Positions 52,111-61,028 of a stretch of 64,000 nt of DNA are shown here, piece after piece. This DNA is from an uncultured Candidatus Rokubacteria bacterium. GTDB lineage: Bacteria; Methylomirabilota; Methylomirabilia; Rokubacteriales; CSP1-6. Every line of letters begins with the position of its first letter. Positions within the stretch are counted from its first letter, which is position 1. The stretch covers positions 640,001 to 704,000 of the forward strand of contig CAVYTA010000005.1 of assembly GCA_963771355.1 (NCBI GenBank), written 5' to 3'. Under the pieces are notes generated by a model, which had not been told where the DNA came from, did not search any database, and worked only from the letters and a program-made list of their open reading frames with translations. Made by a program: the position numbers and the translations under genes.

Positions 52111-55100
52111 TCAGTTCAGCGCGGGGCGGCCGTCCGGCCCGGCTTGCCCGAGGAGTCGACGAAGCAACCCGGGACGCCCCGGCGGGCCCGGATTCTCCGG
52201 CTCGACCAGGTCCACCTTGACCTGACCTTCCGCGCTCTCCGCCGTGGAGAGGGCGGCTATCTTCAGTCGCCCGCCGTCGCCGCCGGCCTTCTTGATCCCT
52301 TCGCGCACCGCTTCGAGGCGCCGGGCAGCGAGGTCGGCGAGCTCCGTCTTCGACAGGCCTTTGTCTCCGACGCCGGTGTCGGCGAGTCCCGCGCGTGGCT
52401 CCTCCGCCCCCTCCGTCACGGACTGCGGCGAGGTCTTCCGCGCGCGGCCGGCCGCGGGCTCCCGCGCCTTCTCTTCGAGCGCTGCGCGGTCCCGCGAGGA
52501 CACCACCGGCATGAGGGACAGCCGCACCGCGGGCACCTGCTCGAGAAAGGCCGCCAGCCGGGCCACTTGCTCCTGGGCCTCCGCCGCCAGTGTGGCCGAG
52601 CCCGGCGCGAATGGGATGGGGTCGACCTCCACCCGCTGGATCCGCGAATCCGACCCGACCTGCACGCGGCCGATCCAGCTCACCGGCGCCGTGATCGCCT
52701 TGACGGCCACGTTCCGCACCGTGCTCCAGAGAGCCTCGCTCATGTCGAAGCGTGGATCGCTCAGCCGTCCCCCCACCGGCAGCGACAGCCGGATATCGCC
52801 GCGGCGATCCTTCATCAGCGCGACGATCATGCCGAGGGGCAGTCCGATGCGCGCCTGCGCCCCGTCGCCGCCGCCCGCCCGCGCCACCTCGAGCTGACTG
52901 AGCAGGATGTCCGTCTTCGCGTCGAGGACATCGCCGTCGATCCGGCAGCTCACGCTCGTGGTCAGCCGTCCCCCCCGCGCCTCCCAGGCCACCTGCTGCA
53001 CGAGGTACGGGTTCGTGCGCGGCACCGCGAAGCCCCGGAGCTCCGCGTTCATGTCGAGACGGAGGGGGCCCCCCAGCGAGCCCACGGTCCCGCGGAGGGC
53101 GAGATCGGAGTCGGCGCCGACGCGCCCCGTCATGTCCAGGCGGGCGGGTTTGGCCCTGGGGTCCGTCGAGAGCCCGTCGATGCGCCCCGACAGCCGCTGC
53201 GTGTCGAGCGCAATCGGCGGCGCGACGCGATGGTCGACGGTCCGGGCGCCCCCGTCCGCGACGACGAGATGGTCGACCGTGATGGGGACGGTCGAGCCGC
53301 CGCTCGATGCCGGCAGCGGACGGATGGGCGCCGACGCACTCGGGGCGGAGCCGCCGGGCCCGGACCCGTCCGGTGCGCGCGGCGAGAGCAGCGCGCGCAG
53401 GGTCAGGGCTCCGCCCTGGTCCCGCTCGAGCAGGACCCAGGGCCGCTGCAAGGTCACGTCGCGGACGGCCACGCGCCGGGGCCAGTCGATGTCGACGCCG
53501 GTCGCCTGCGCCCGCTCCACTCGCATCACCGTGCGCTCGCCATCACGGACGTCGATCAACGATGCTGCGGCGCGTCCCCGCACGGTAGCCCGTCCCTCCG
53601 CCACGGGTGGCAGCGCCACGGCGAGGTCGAAGTGCACGCGGCCGCCGATCCTCGCCGGCAGGGGAGCATAGGCCTGATAGGGCGCGAGATCAGCGTCGTT
53701 GCCGGTCACCCGCCCCTCCGCGGTGATCGGATCGACACCCACCCGGCCGTCGAACTCGACCCGGCCGCCGCCCGGCGGGCGCACCCCCATCCGGACGCCC
53801 AGCGGGCCATGGAGGGGCCAGGCCACCCCGGTGACCTTGGCCTCGAGGCCCGCGAACTCGAGAGCGACGTCCGGCTTGACCGCGCGATCGCGCCACACGA
53901 GGCCGCCGTCCTTCACGAGGATCTCGCCGACGGCCAGCGCGAGCGGGGCCGCGGGGGCTGCGGGCGGCGCGCCCGCGGCCCCGGGCTCGGCCTGACCTGG
54001 CAGGCCCGACGGCAGGGCGATGCCCCCGGTGCTGTCCCGCTCGATCGTGCCCCGGGGCCCGGTGATGACGAGCTGCCGTGCGGCGAGCCGCGAGGGCCAG
54101 TCCACCTCGATCCCCTTCGCTTCCACCCGTCGGGCCCGCAGCAGCTCCCCGCGCGCATCCTTGACCCCGAGCTGATTGACCGCGATCGCGCCTTGCACAT
54201 GGCTCGGCACCGCGGGAACGAGGGGCTCGTCGATTTGCAGATTGGCTTCCACGAGGCCCTCGACGCGGAGGGGGCTCGGCGCGAGGCTCGCCCACTTGCC
54301 GAGATCGACGCGCTCGAGCCGCAGGCGAAGCTGGCTGGCGGCGGGGGGCGGGCTCAGCTGGCCGGTGAGATTCAGCAGGCCCCCGCCCGGGACGCTGCTC
54401 CGGACGTCCACGCGGCCGGGCCGGACCACCGGCCACGTGACGTCGGCGATACTGGCCCGCAGCGTCGACACCTGGAAGCGGCCGCCGCCGCGCGCGCTCG
54501 GGTCCTTGACGCTCGCCGAGCCCGCGAGCTCGAAGCGGCCGACCTGGAGCTTCTCGTCCTGGAACTGGAAGTCGGCGAGCTCCACGGTGAGCTCGGGCAC
54601 GAGCGCGACGGGGTCGCGCTCCCCCCGCCTCACCAGCACGACGTCTTCGAGCGCGCCCGTGACGTTCGCCCGCAAACCCGCCCGCGCGTCGAGCGCGACC
54701 TGGAGGGTCGAGCTCGCCCGTCCTTGCTCCAGCACGACCGCCGCGTCGCGCGGGAAGTAGAGGCGGGCGAGCGAGAGGTCGAGCCCCGAGGTCGTCACCG
54801 CGGCCTCGAGGTGAATGGGATAGAGCCGCACGTGCCGCATCTCGAGCAAGACCGGTGCGCCCACCGTCACGGACCGCGCCACCGCGCGCCCGTCACCGCG
54901 GCGGGTCGAGAGGTTGTGGGCGTCGATCTCGATGTTCTCCGAGTACCACGTGCGGGGCTCGGCCAGGGCCCGGTCCTCGAGCGCGACGGTGCCCTTCGTG
55001 ACGACGAGGCGGTCCACGGTGACGTCGAGCGTGCGGCCGCTTCCGCCCGAGGTCGGGATCAGATCCGAGATGTTGAAGCCCTCGGCGAATCGGATGATGC

Positions 55101-55452
55101 GCACGGTCGAGCCCTCGAGCGTCACCTCGCGGATCCAGAGGTGCCCGCGCAAGAGGGAGAGGGGGCGAATGCGGACGTCGAGGCGGTCGAAATCGGTGAA
55201 CGGGGTTTTGCCGTCCGGCTCCTGGAGGCGGAACCCGCGCACGACCAGCCGTCCCGTGAATGGATTGAGCGAGACGGCATCGATGCTGACGGAGCGGTGG
55301 GTCCTCGACTCGATCTGCGCGATCAATAGGTTCCGTACCAGCGCCGGGGATGCGTAGAAGGCGGTCACGCCGGAGGCGAGCGCCAGGATCGCGCACGCGA
55401 CGACGATGATCCACCGGCCCGAGCCAAGCGCTTTCATTCGGAGTCTAGGCAT
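52111..55452 (-). CDS. DUF748 (AsmA-like) domain protein with C-terminal OmpA-like remnant
   Basis: N-terminal TM; VSLNPFTG, FNISDL, repeated beta-rich modules, ALMKDRRGDIRLSLPVGG...DPRF, AITAP, FAPGSATL. Confidence 0.85.
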   Translation of the reverse strand: MPRLRMKALGSGRWIIVVACAILALASGVTAFYASPALVRNLLIAQIESRTHRSVSIDAVSLNPFTGRLVVRGFRLQEPDGKTPFTDFDRLDVRIRPLSLLRGHLWIREVTLEGSTVRIIRFAEGFNISDLIPTSGGSGRTLDVTVDRLVVTKGTVALEDRALAEPRTWYSENIEIDAHNLSTRRGDGRAVARSVTVGAPVLLEMRHVRLYPIHLEAAVTTSGLDLSLARLYFPRDAAVVLEQGRASSTLQVALDARAGLRANVTGALEDVVLVRRGERDPVALVPELTVELADFQFQDEKLQVGRFELAGSASVKDPSARGGGRFQVSTLRASIADVTWPVVRPGRVDVRSSVPGGGLLNLTGQLSPPPAASQLRLRLERVDLGKWASLAPSPLRVEGLVEANLQIDEPLVPAVPSHVQGAIAVNQLGVKDARGELLRARRVEAKGIEVDWPSRLAARQLVITGPRGTIERDSTGGIALPSGLPGQAEPGAAGAPPAAPAAPLALAVGEILVKDGGLVWRDRAVKPDVALEFAGLEAKVTGVAWPLHGPLGVRMGVRPPGGGRVEFDGRVGVDPITAEGRVTGNDADLAPYQAYAPLPARIGGRVHFDLAVALPPVAEGRATVRGRAAASLIDVRDGERTVMRVERAQATGVDIDWPRRVAVRDVTLQRPWVLLERDQGGALTLRALLSPRAPDGSGPGGSAPSASAPIRPLPASSGGSTVPITVDHLVVADGGARTVDHRVAPPIALDTQRLSGRIDGLSTDPRAKPARLDMTGRVGADSDLALRGTVGSLGGPLRLDMNAELRGFAVPRTNPYLVQQVAWEARGGRLTTSVSCRIDGDVLDAKTDILLSQLEVARAGGGDGAQARIGLPLGMIVALMKDRRGDIRLSLPVGGRLSDPRFDMSEALWSTVRNVAVKAITAPVSWIGRVQVGSDSRIQRVEVDPIPFAPGSATLAAEAQEQVARLAAFLEQVPAVRLSLMPVVSSRDRAALEEKAREPAAGRARKTSPQSVTEGAEEPRAGLADTGVGDKGLSKTELADLAARRLEAVREGIKKAGGDGGRLKIAALSTAESAEGQVKVDLVEPENPGPPGRPGLLRRLLGQAGPDGRPALN

Positions 55453-55493
55453 GTGGAGGTCCCCCCTCAAGGGAACGCATCACCCTGTGGAAC

Positions 55494-55508
55494 GCATCAC
55501 CTGTGCCA
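55494..55508 (-). promoter_or_regulatory. Putative sigma54 -24/-12 promoter of the DUF748-BON pair
   Basis: Minus strand TGGCAC-AGGTG-ATGC (GG-N10-GC), about 40 bp upstream of the ATG. Confidence 0.65.
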
Positions 55509-55687
55509 GCGTCGGCCCGGCGAATCGGCGGCTCCAAGCGGCCATTTTCGGGCCCGCGCGGCGGGCCGGGGGGCCATCGAGCGGGTACGAATTGCCAGCC
55601 CTGTGTAGAAGCTACCGGGAGAGATTGACGGGCCGTACGAGCTGCGCCCGATGGGATGGTGCTTTAGGTGAAACCTGTGGTCCGCGG

Positions 55688-56410
55688 CTAGACGCCCAGG
55701 AAGCGCTGCTGGATGGCGGGGTCGGCGCGCAATGCCTCGGGCGTCCCCTCGAACTGGATACGGCCCTGGTCCATGACGTAGAGCCGGTGGGAGAGCGCGA
55801 GCGCGACCTCGAGGATCTGCTCGACCAGCAGGATGGTGGTGCCGCGACGGTTGATCTCGCGCAGGATCTTGGTGAGGCTCTCCACGATGATGGGTGAGAG
55901 CCCTTCGGTCGGCTCGTCCACCAGCATGAGCTTGGGGCTCGCCACGAGCCCCCGTGCGATGGCCAGCATCTGCTGCTCGCCGCCGGAAAGGCTCTTGCCC
56001 TTCTGGGCCAGACGCTCGCGCAGGCGCGGGAAGTGGCCCAGCACCTCCTCCGTCACCGCATCGCCGTCGTTTCTGGAGCCGCCCGCGCCCAGCCGGCCCA
56101 GCCGGAGGTTCTCCTCCACGCTGAGGTTCGGAAGGATGCGGCGCTCCTCCGGCACGTAGGCAATCCCACGTTGAGCGATCGTGTGCGTGGGGAGACCGGC
56201 CAGCTCGAAGCCGTCGAAGGTGACGTGTCCGCCGCGCGGCGCCACGATGCCCATGATGCTGCGAAGGGTGGTGGTCTTGCCGGCGCCGTTGCGGCCGATG
56301 AGGGTCACCACCTCGCCGGCTTGTACGGCCAGCGACACGCCCTGGAGGATATGCGCCTCGCCGTAGTAGGCGTGCAGGTCCTGAATCGCGAGTAGCGGGC
56401 CGGCGGTCAC
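55688..56410 (-). CDS. livF: Liv-family ABC ATP-binding protein (LivF-like)
   Basis: [38 protein letters not shown]. Confidence 0.88.
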   Translation of the reverse strand: MTAGPLLAIQDLHAYYGEAHILQGVSLAVQAGEVVTLIGRNGAGKTTTLRSIMGIVAPRGGHVTFDGFELAGLPTHTIAQRGIAYVPEERRILPNLSVEENLRLGRLGAGGSRNDGDAVTEEVLGHFPRLRERLAQKGKSLSGGEQQMLAIARGLVASPKLMLVDEPTEGLSPIIVESLTKILREINRRGTTILLVEQILEVALALSHRLYVMDQGRIQFEGTPEALRADPAIQQRFLGV

Positions 56411-57153
56411 TTGTTCACCCCGAGATAGGTCTGCTGGACGAGGGCATTGGCGCGGATCTCGGCGGGCGAACCCTCGGCGAGCACCTGGCCCTGGTGGAGC
56501 ACGGTGATCTTGTCCGAGATGTTCATGACCACCTTCATCTTGTGCTCGACGAGGATGACCGTGCGCCCGGCGGCGATCCGACGGATCAGCAGGATCGTCT
56601 CGTCCGTCTCCTCGGGGCTCATGCCCGCGGTGGGCTCGTCGAGCAGGAGCAGGCTCGGCTCGGTGGCGAGCGCGATGCCCAGCTCGAGGTGGCGCTTCTC
56701 CCCGTGGGAGAGATTGGCGGCCAGCAGCTCCGCTTTCTCCGCGAGCGCGACCTCGCGCAGGATGCCGGCCGCCTTGTCGCGCACCCCGGCGAGGTCGGAC
56801 GCACGGGACCAGAAGTTGAACGAGTAGCGGTAGGACTGCACCGCCACCCGCACGTTTTCGAGGACGGAGAGGTGGGGGAACACGTTGGTGATCTGGTAGG
56901 ACTTGGACACCCCGAGCCGCGACACGCGATGCTGCGGCATGCCCGTCACGTCCTGGCCCTTGAAGACGATACGGCCCTCGGAAGGCACCATCTCGCCCGA
57001 GATGAGGCGGAAGAAGGTGGTCTTGCCCGCGCCGTTGGGGCCGATGATGGCGCGCAGCTCACCCGCGCCCACGGCGAAGTCCACCTGGTTGACCGCGGCC
57101 AGGCTGCCGAAGCTCCGGCTGAGCTTCGTCGTCTCGAGAATGAGGTCCGACAT
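56407..57153 (-). CDS. livG: Liv-family ABC ATP-binding protein (LivG-like)
   Basis: [31 protein letters not shown]. Confidence 0.88.
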   Translation of the reverse strand: MSDLILETTKLSRSFGSLAAVNQVDFAVGAGELRAIIGPNGAGKTTFFRLISGEMVPSEGRIVFKGQDVTGMPQHRVSRLGVSKSYQITNVFPHLSVLENVRVAVQSYRYSFNFWSRASDLAGVRDKAAGILREVALAEKAELLAANLSHGEKRHLELGIALATEPSLLLLDEPTAGMSPEETDETILLIRRIAAGRTVILVEHKMKVVMNISDKITVLHQGQVLAEGSPAEIRANALVQQTYLGVNK

Positions 57154-57170
57154 GGGGGGAGTCGCGCCGT

Positions 57171-57200
57171 AACATAGCAAGCCGTTTTTCCGGGTGTCAA
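57171..57200 (-). promoter_or_regulatory. Putative sigma70-type promoter of livG-livF
   Basis: Minus strand TTGACA, 18 bp, TATGTT with an extended TG. Confidence 0.55.
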
Positions 57201-57227
57201 GGTAGACTTCCCCCCGGTGCCGTTCCG

Positions 57228-58088
57228 ATGAAGCCCGCGCCCTTCGCCTATCACCGTCCCGCCACGCTCGACGAGGCCTTCCATCTGCTCGAGCGCTACG
57301 GGAGCGACGCGCGGCTCCTCGCGGGCGGTCAGAGCCTGGTGCCCGCGCTCAACATGCGGCTGGCCACGCCGGCGGCCCTGGTGGACATCAACCGTCTTCC
57401 CGGTCTCGACGGCATCGCCGTCGCTCCGGAGGGACTCACGATCGGTGCCCTCGCCCGTCAGGAGGCGGTGCTCCGGTCCCCGCTGGTGGCGCGGCACGCC
57501 CCCCTGGTGGCGCAGGCGATGCCGCACGTCGCGCATCTGGCGCTCCGCACCCGCGGCACCGTGGGCGGCAGCCTGGCTCAGGCCGATCCTGCGGCCGAGC
57601 TGCCTGCCTGCGCGGTGGCGCTGGAGGCGGTGCTCCGCGTGGCCCGCCGGGACGCCGCGCGCGAGATTCCCGCCGCGCGCTTCTACCTTGGCATCTACAC
57701 CACCGCGCTCGAGCCCGGCGAGATCCTCACCGGCGTGGTGATCCCTCCGCTCGGTGCAGGCTGGCGCTCCCACTTCGGGGAGCTGGCCCGTCGCCACGGC
57801 GACTATGCCCTCGTCGCGCTCGCCGCGCATGCCCGGATCGCCGACGGCGCCATTGCGGAGGCCCGCCTGGTCTTCGCGGGGGTCGGCCTCACGCCGGTGC
57901 GTGCCGGACGTGCGGAGGCCGCGGTGAGCGGCCGCCGGCCCGACGCCGCCGTGCTCGCGGAGGCCGGGCGCGCGCTCGACGCCGACCTGGATCCGCCCCC
58001 GGACGTTCACGCCAGCGCGGCGCTGCGCCGCCAGCTCGCGCGCGTCCTGCTGAGCCGCGCCCTGGCCGCGCTCACCGCCGGCGGCTAG
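57228..58088 (+). CDS. Xanthine dehydrogenase/CoxM-family FAD-binding subunit
   Basis: MKPAPFAYHRP, LAGGQSL, RGTVGGSLA, DPAAE, RRHGDYA. Confidence 0.9.
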   Translation: MKPAPFAYHRPATLDEAFHLLERYGSDARLLAGGQSLVPALNMRLATPAALVDINRLPGLDGIAVAPEGLTIGALARQEAVLRSPLVARHAPLVAQAMPHVAHLALRTRGTVGGSLAQADPAAELPACAVALEAVLRVARRDAAREIPAARFYLGIYTTALEPGEILTGVVIPPLGAGWRSHFGELARRHGDYALVALAAHARIADGAIAEARLVFAGVGLTPVRAGRAEAAVSGRRPDAAVLAEAGRALDADLDPPPDVHASAALRRQLARVLLSRALAALTAGG

Positions 58089-58103
58089 CCGGAGGAGGAG
58101 ACC

Positions 58104-58619
58104 CTGGACACCACCCTCGAGATCGCGCTGACCGTGAACGGCGAGGCGGTGCGGCGCCGCGTCGAGCCACGGAAGAGCCTCGTCGATTTCCTCCGGGAAG
58201 ACCTCGAGCTCACCGGCTCGCACGTGGGCTGCGAGCAAGGCGTGTGCGGCGCCTGCACCGTGCGCGTGGACGGCGCGCTCGCGCGGGGCTGCCTCACCCT
58301 GGCCGTCCAGTGCGACGGGGCTGCCGTCGAGACCATCGAGGGCGTGGCCGCATCGGGCGAGATCGCCGATCTCCAGGCGGCCTTCGCGGCGGCCAACGCG
58401 CTGCAGTGCGGCTTCTGCACCCCCGCGATGCTGCTGACCGCGCACGAGCTCCTGCGCGCGAACCCCGCGCCGAGCGGCGCTGCGATCCGCGTGGGCCTGT
58501 CCGGGAACTACTGCCGCTGCACCGGCTATCACGCCATCGTGGAGGCCATCCTGGCGACCGCCACCACGCGGGCCGCCACCCATCCGGTCGAGCAGACACC
58601 CCGATCAGCGAAGGCATGA
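58104..58619 (+). CDS. CoxS-family [2Fe-2S] subunit (probable CTG start)
   Basis: GCEQGVCGACT..C, QCGFCTP, NYCRCTGY; GGAGGAGG just upstream of the in-frame CTG at 58104. Confidence 0.9.
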   Translation: MDTTLEIALTVNGEAVRRRVEPRKSLVDFLREDLELTGSHVGCEQGVCGACTVRVDGALARGCLTLAVQCDGAAVETIEGVAASGEIADLQAAFAAANALQCGFCTPAMLLTAHELLRANPAPSGAAIRVGLSGNYCRCTGYHAIVEAILATATTRAATHPVEQTPRSAKA

Positions 58620-60991
58620 AGAACCGCGACGTGATCGATCAGGCCGACAGCTACATTGGAAAGTCCGTCGTCCGGCCTCAGGCGGCGCGACTCCTCGCCG
58701 GCCGCGGCGTGTTCACCGACGACCTCCGCCTCCCGCGCATGCTTCACGTGGCCTTCCTGCGCAGCCCCCACGCCCATGCCCGCATCGTGTCGCTGGACGC
58801 GCGGGCGGCGCTGGCCGTGGCCGGCGTGGCACGGGTAGTGACCGGCGACGAGCTGGCAAGGGTCTGCGCCGGCTGGGTGGGCACGCTCGCCCACTTCCAG
58901 GGGATGAAGTCGGCCATGCAGCATCCGCTGGCGCGGGGGCGGGCCACCTGGCAGGGGGAACCGGTGGCCGCGGTGGTGGCCGACACTCGCGCGCTGGCCG
59001 AGGACGGCGTGGGTCGGCTCGCCGTGGAGTGGGAGCCGCTGCCGATGGTGACGGATCCCGAGACCGCGCTCGACCCGTCCACCCCCGTCATTCATCCGGA
59101 GCTGGGTGACAACCTCGCCTTCGCGCTCGAGCTGAAGTCGGGCGACCCCGACGGAGCCTTCGCCGGCGCCGACCACGTCTACCGCGATACCTTCTGGATG
59201 GGACGCCACACCGGCGTGACGCTCGAGCCCCGGACCATCCTGGCCGACTTCGATCCGAGCGAGCGGCGCCTCACCGTCTACCACTCGTTCCAGGCGCCGA
59301 ACATGATGCAGGACATCCTGGCGCGGCACCTCAACCTGCCCGAGCACGACGTCCGCGTGATCTGCAAGGATGTCGGCGGCTCCTTCGGCATCAAGGTCCA
59401 CATCTATCCCGACGAGATGGCCACCTGCGCGCTCGCGGTGCTGCTGGGGCGCCCGGTGAAGTTCACGGCGGACCGGCTCGAGTCCTTCCAGTCCGACATC
59501 CACGCGCGCGACCATCGCGTCGACGCGGAGATCGCGGTCCGGCGCGACGGGACGATCGTGGGGATGCGGGTGGACGACCTCACCGGCATCGGGCCCTACT
59601 CCGTGTATCCCCGGACCAGTGCGGTGGAGGGCAACCAGACGATCCGGCTCACGCCGGGCGTGTATCGCTTCCGCGACTACGCGGGGCGCCTCCGCGTCGT
59701 GTTCCAGAACAAGACGCCCATGTGCCAGTACCGCGCGGTGGGCCATCCCATCGCCTTCGCGGTGATGGAGGGCATGGTGGACCGCGTGGCGCGGGAGCTC
59801 GGCCTCGACCCGGTGGAGGTGCGCCGGCGAAACTACGTCACCGCCGACATGTACCCACATACCTCGCAGACCGGCTACTTCTTCGAGCGGCTCTCGCACG
59901 AGGAGTGCCTGGACACGCTCCTCGCGATATCCGGCTATCGGGCGCTGGCCGCCGAGCGCGACGATCTCCGGAAGCAGGGGGTGTACCGGGGGCTCGGCCT
60001 CTGCGCCTTCATCGAGCTGACCACGCCGGGCCCCGCCTTCTACGGCGTGGGCGGCGCCCGCATCTCCTCGCAGGACGGCTGCACGCTGAAGCTCGAGCCG
60101 TCGGGCGCGGTGACCTGCGTCACCGGCGTGACCGAGCAAGGGCAGGGAACGGACGCCATGCTCGCCCAGGTGGTGGCCTCCGCGGTGGGAGTGCGGATCG
60201 AGGACGTGCGCGTGCTCACCGGCGACACCCTCGTTTCGCCGTATGGCGGCGGCACGTGGGCCTCGCGCGGCGCCGGCATCGGAGGCGAGGCGGCGCTGCA
60301 GACGGGCAAGGCGCTCAAGGGGAACGTGCTCAGGGTGGCGGCCGCCATCCTCCAGACGGAGCCGGAGGATCTCGATCTCCGGCGCGGGAAGGTTGTGGAC
60401 GCGGACACGGGCGAGGTGCGGCTGGACCTGGCCGAGCTAGGGCGCATCGCATACTTCCGGCCCGACACGCTTCCGAAGGATTTTCAGTCGGAGCTGACGG
60501 TGACGCGCCACTATGTGCCCCGCCACCAGGGCTTCGCCTTCACCAACGGCATCCAGCTCTCCCACGTGGAGGTGGACGGGGATACCGGCTTCGTCCGGCT
60601 GCTCGGCCACTGGGCGGTGGAAGATTGCGGCCGCATCATCAATCCGCGGCTGGTGGACGAGCAGGTTCGCGGCGCCATCGTCCAGGGCATCGGCGCCGCG
60701 CTCTTCGAGCACTGCGTCTATGACGAGGCGGGGCAGCTCCTCACCGGCACCATGGCCGACTATCTCGTGCCCATGGCGGCCGAGATGCCGGACATCGTGG
60801 TGGGCCACGTGGAGACGCCCACCGCCTTCGCCGAGGGTGGCTTCAAGGGCGCGGGTGAAGCCGGTACCGCGGGCGCCCCCGGCGCCGTGCTCAACGCGGT
60901 GAACGACGCCCTGGCGCCCTTGTCCGCGCGCATCACGCGCCAGCCCATCACTCCCGATGTGGTGCTGCGCGCGCTCGGCCGTCTGCCATGA
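58616..60991 (+). CDS. Xanthine dehydrogenase/CoxL-family molybdopterin subunit
   Basis: RSPHAHARI, DVGGSFG, CQYRAVGHP active-site loop, EQGQG, WASRG, GTMADY, KGAGEAG. Confidence 0.92.
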   Translation: MKNRDVIDQADSYIGKSVVRPQAARLLAGRGVFTDDLRLPRMLHVAFLRSPHAHARIVSLDARAALAVAGVARVVTGDELARVCAGWVGTLAHFQGMKSAMQHPLARGRATWQGEPVAAVVADTRALAEDGVGRLAVEWEPLPMVTDPETALDPSTPVIHPELGDNLAFALELKSGDPDGAFAGADHVYRDTFWMGRHTGVTLEPRTILADFDPSERRLTVYHSFQAPNMMQDILARHLNLPEHDVRVICKDVGGSFGIKVHIYPDEMATCALAVLLGRPVKFTADRLESFQSDIHARDHRVDAEIAVRRDGTIVGMRVDDLTGIGPYSVYPRTSAVEGNQTIRLTPGVYRFRDYAGRLRVVFQNKTPMCQYRAVGHPIAFAVMEGMVDRVARELGLDPVEVRRRNYVTADMYPHTSQTGYFFERLSHEECLDTLLAISGYRALAAERDDLRKQGVYRGLGLCAFIELTTPGPAFYGVGGARISSQDGCTLKLEPSGAVTCVTGVTEQGQGTDAMLAQVVASAVGVRIEDVRVLTGDTLVSPYGGGTWASRGAGIGGEAALQTGKALKGNVLRVAAAILQTEPEDLDLRRGKVVDADTGEVRLDLAELGRIAYFRPDTLPKDFQSELTVTRHYVPRHQGFAFTNGIQLSHVEVDGDTGFVRLLGHWAVEDCGRIINPRLVDEQVRGAIVQGIGAALFEHCVYDEAGQLLTGTMADYLVPMAAEMPDIVVGHVETPTAFAEGGFKGAGEAGTAGAPGAVLNAVNDALAPLSARITRQPITPDVVLRALGRLP

Positions 60992-60992
60992 G

Positions 60993-61022
60993 TTGACATT
61001 CCGCCCGTCGCCCCCCGATAGT
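60993..61022 (+). promoter_or_regulatory. Putative promoter giving a leaderless DUF898 mRNA
   Basis: TTGACA (60993-60998), 18 bp, GATAGT (61017-61022), 6 bp, ATG 61029; no SD. Confidence 0.55.
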
Positions 61023-61028
61023 GCGGGC

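Noticed and set aside
51844..55329. 1161-aa + strand ORF and other long Arg/Pro-rich ORFs (e.g. 295-2412 -, 44888-47350 -, 39253-41316 -)
   Set aside because: Antisense or alternate-frame shadows of real genes, expected in high-GC DNA; no motifs.
58616..60991. Aerobic CO dehydrogenase call for either CoxL-like gene
   Set aside because: Neither has the AYxCSFR Cu-binding loop, and no coxDEFG genes are adjacent.
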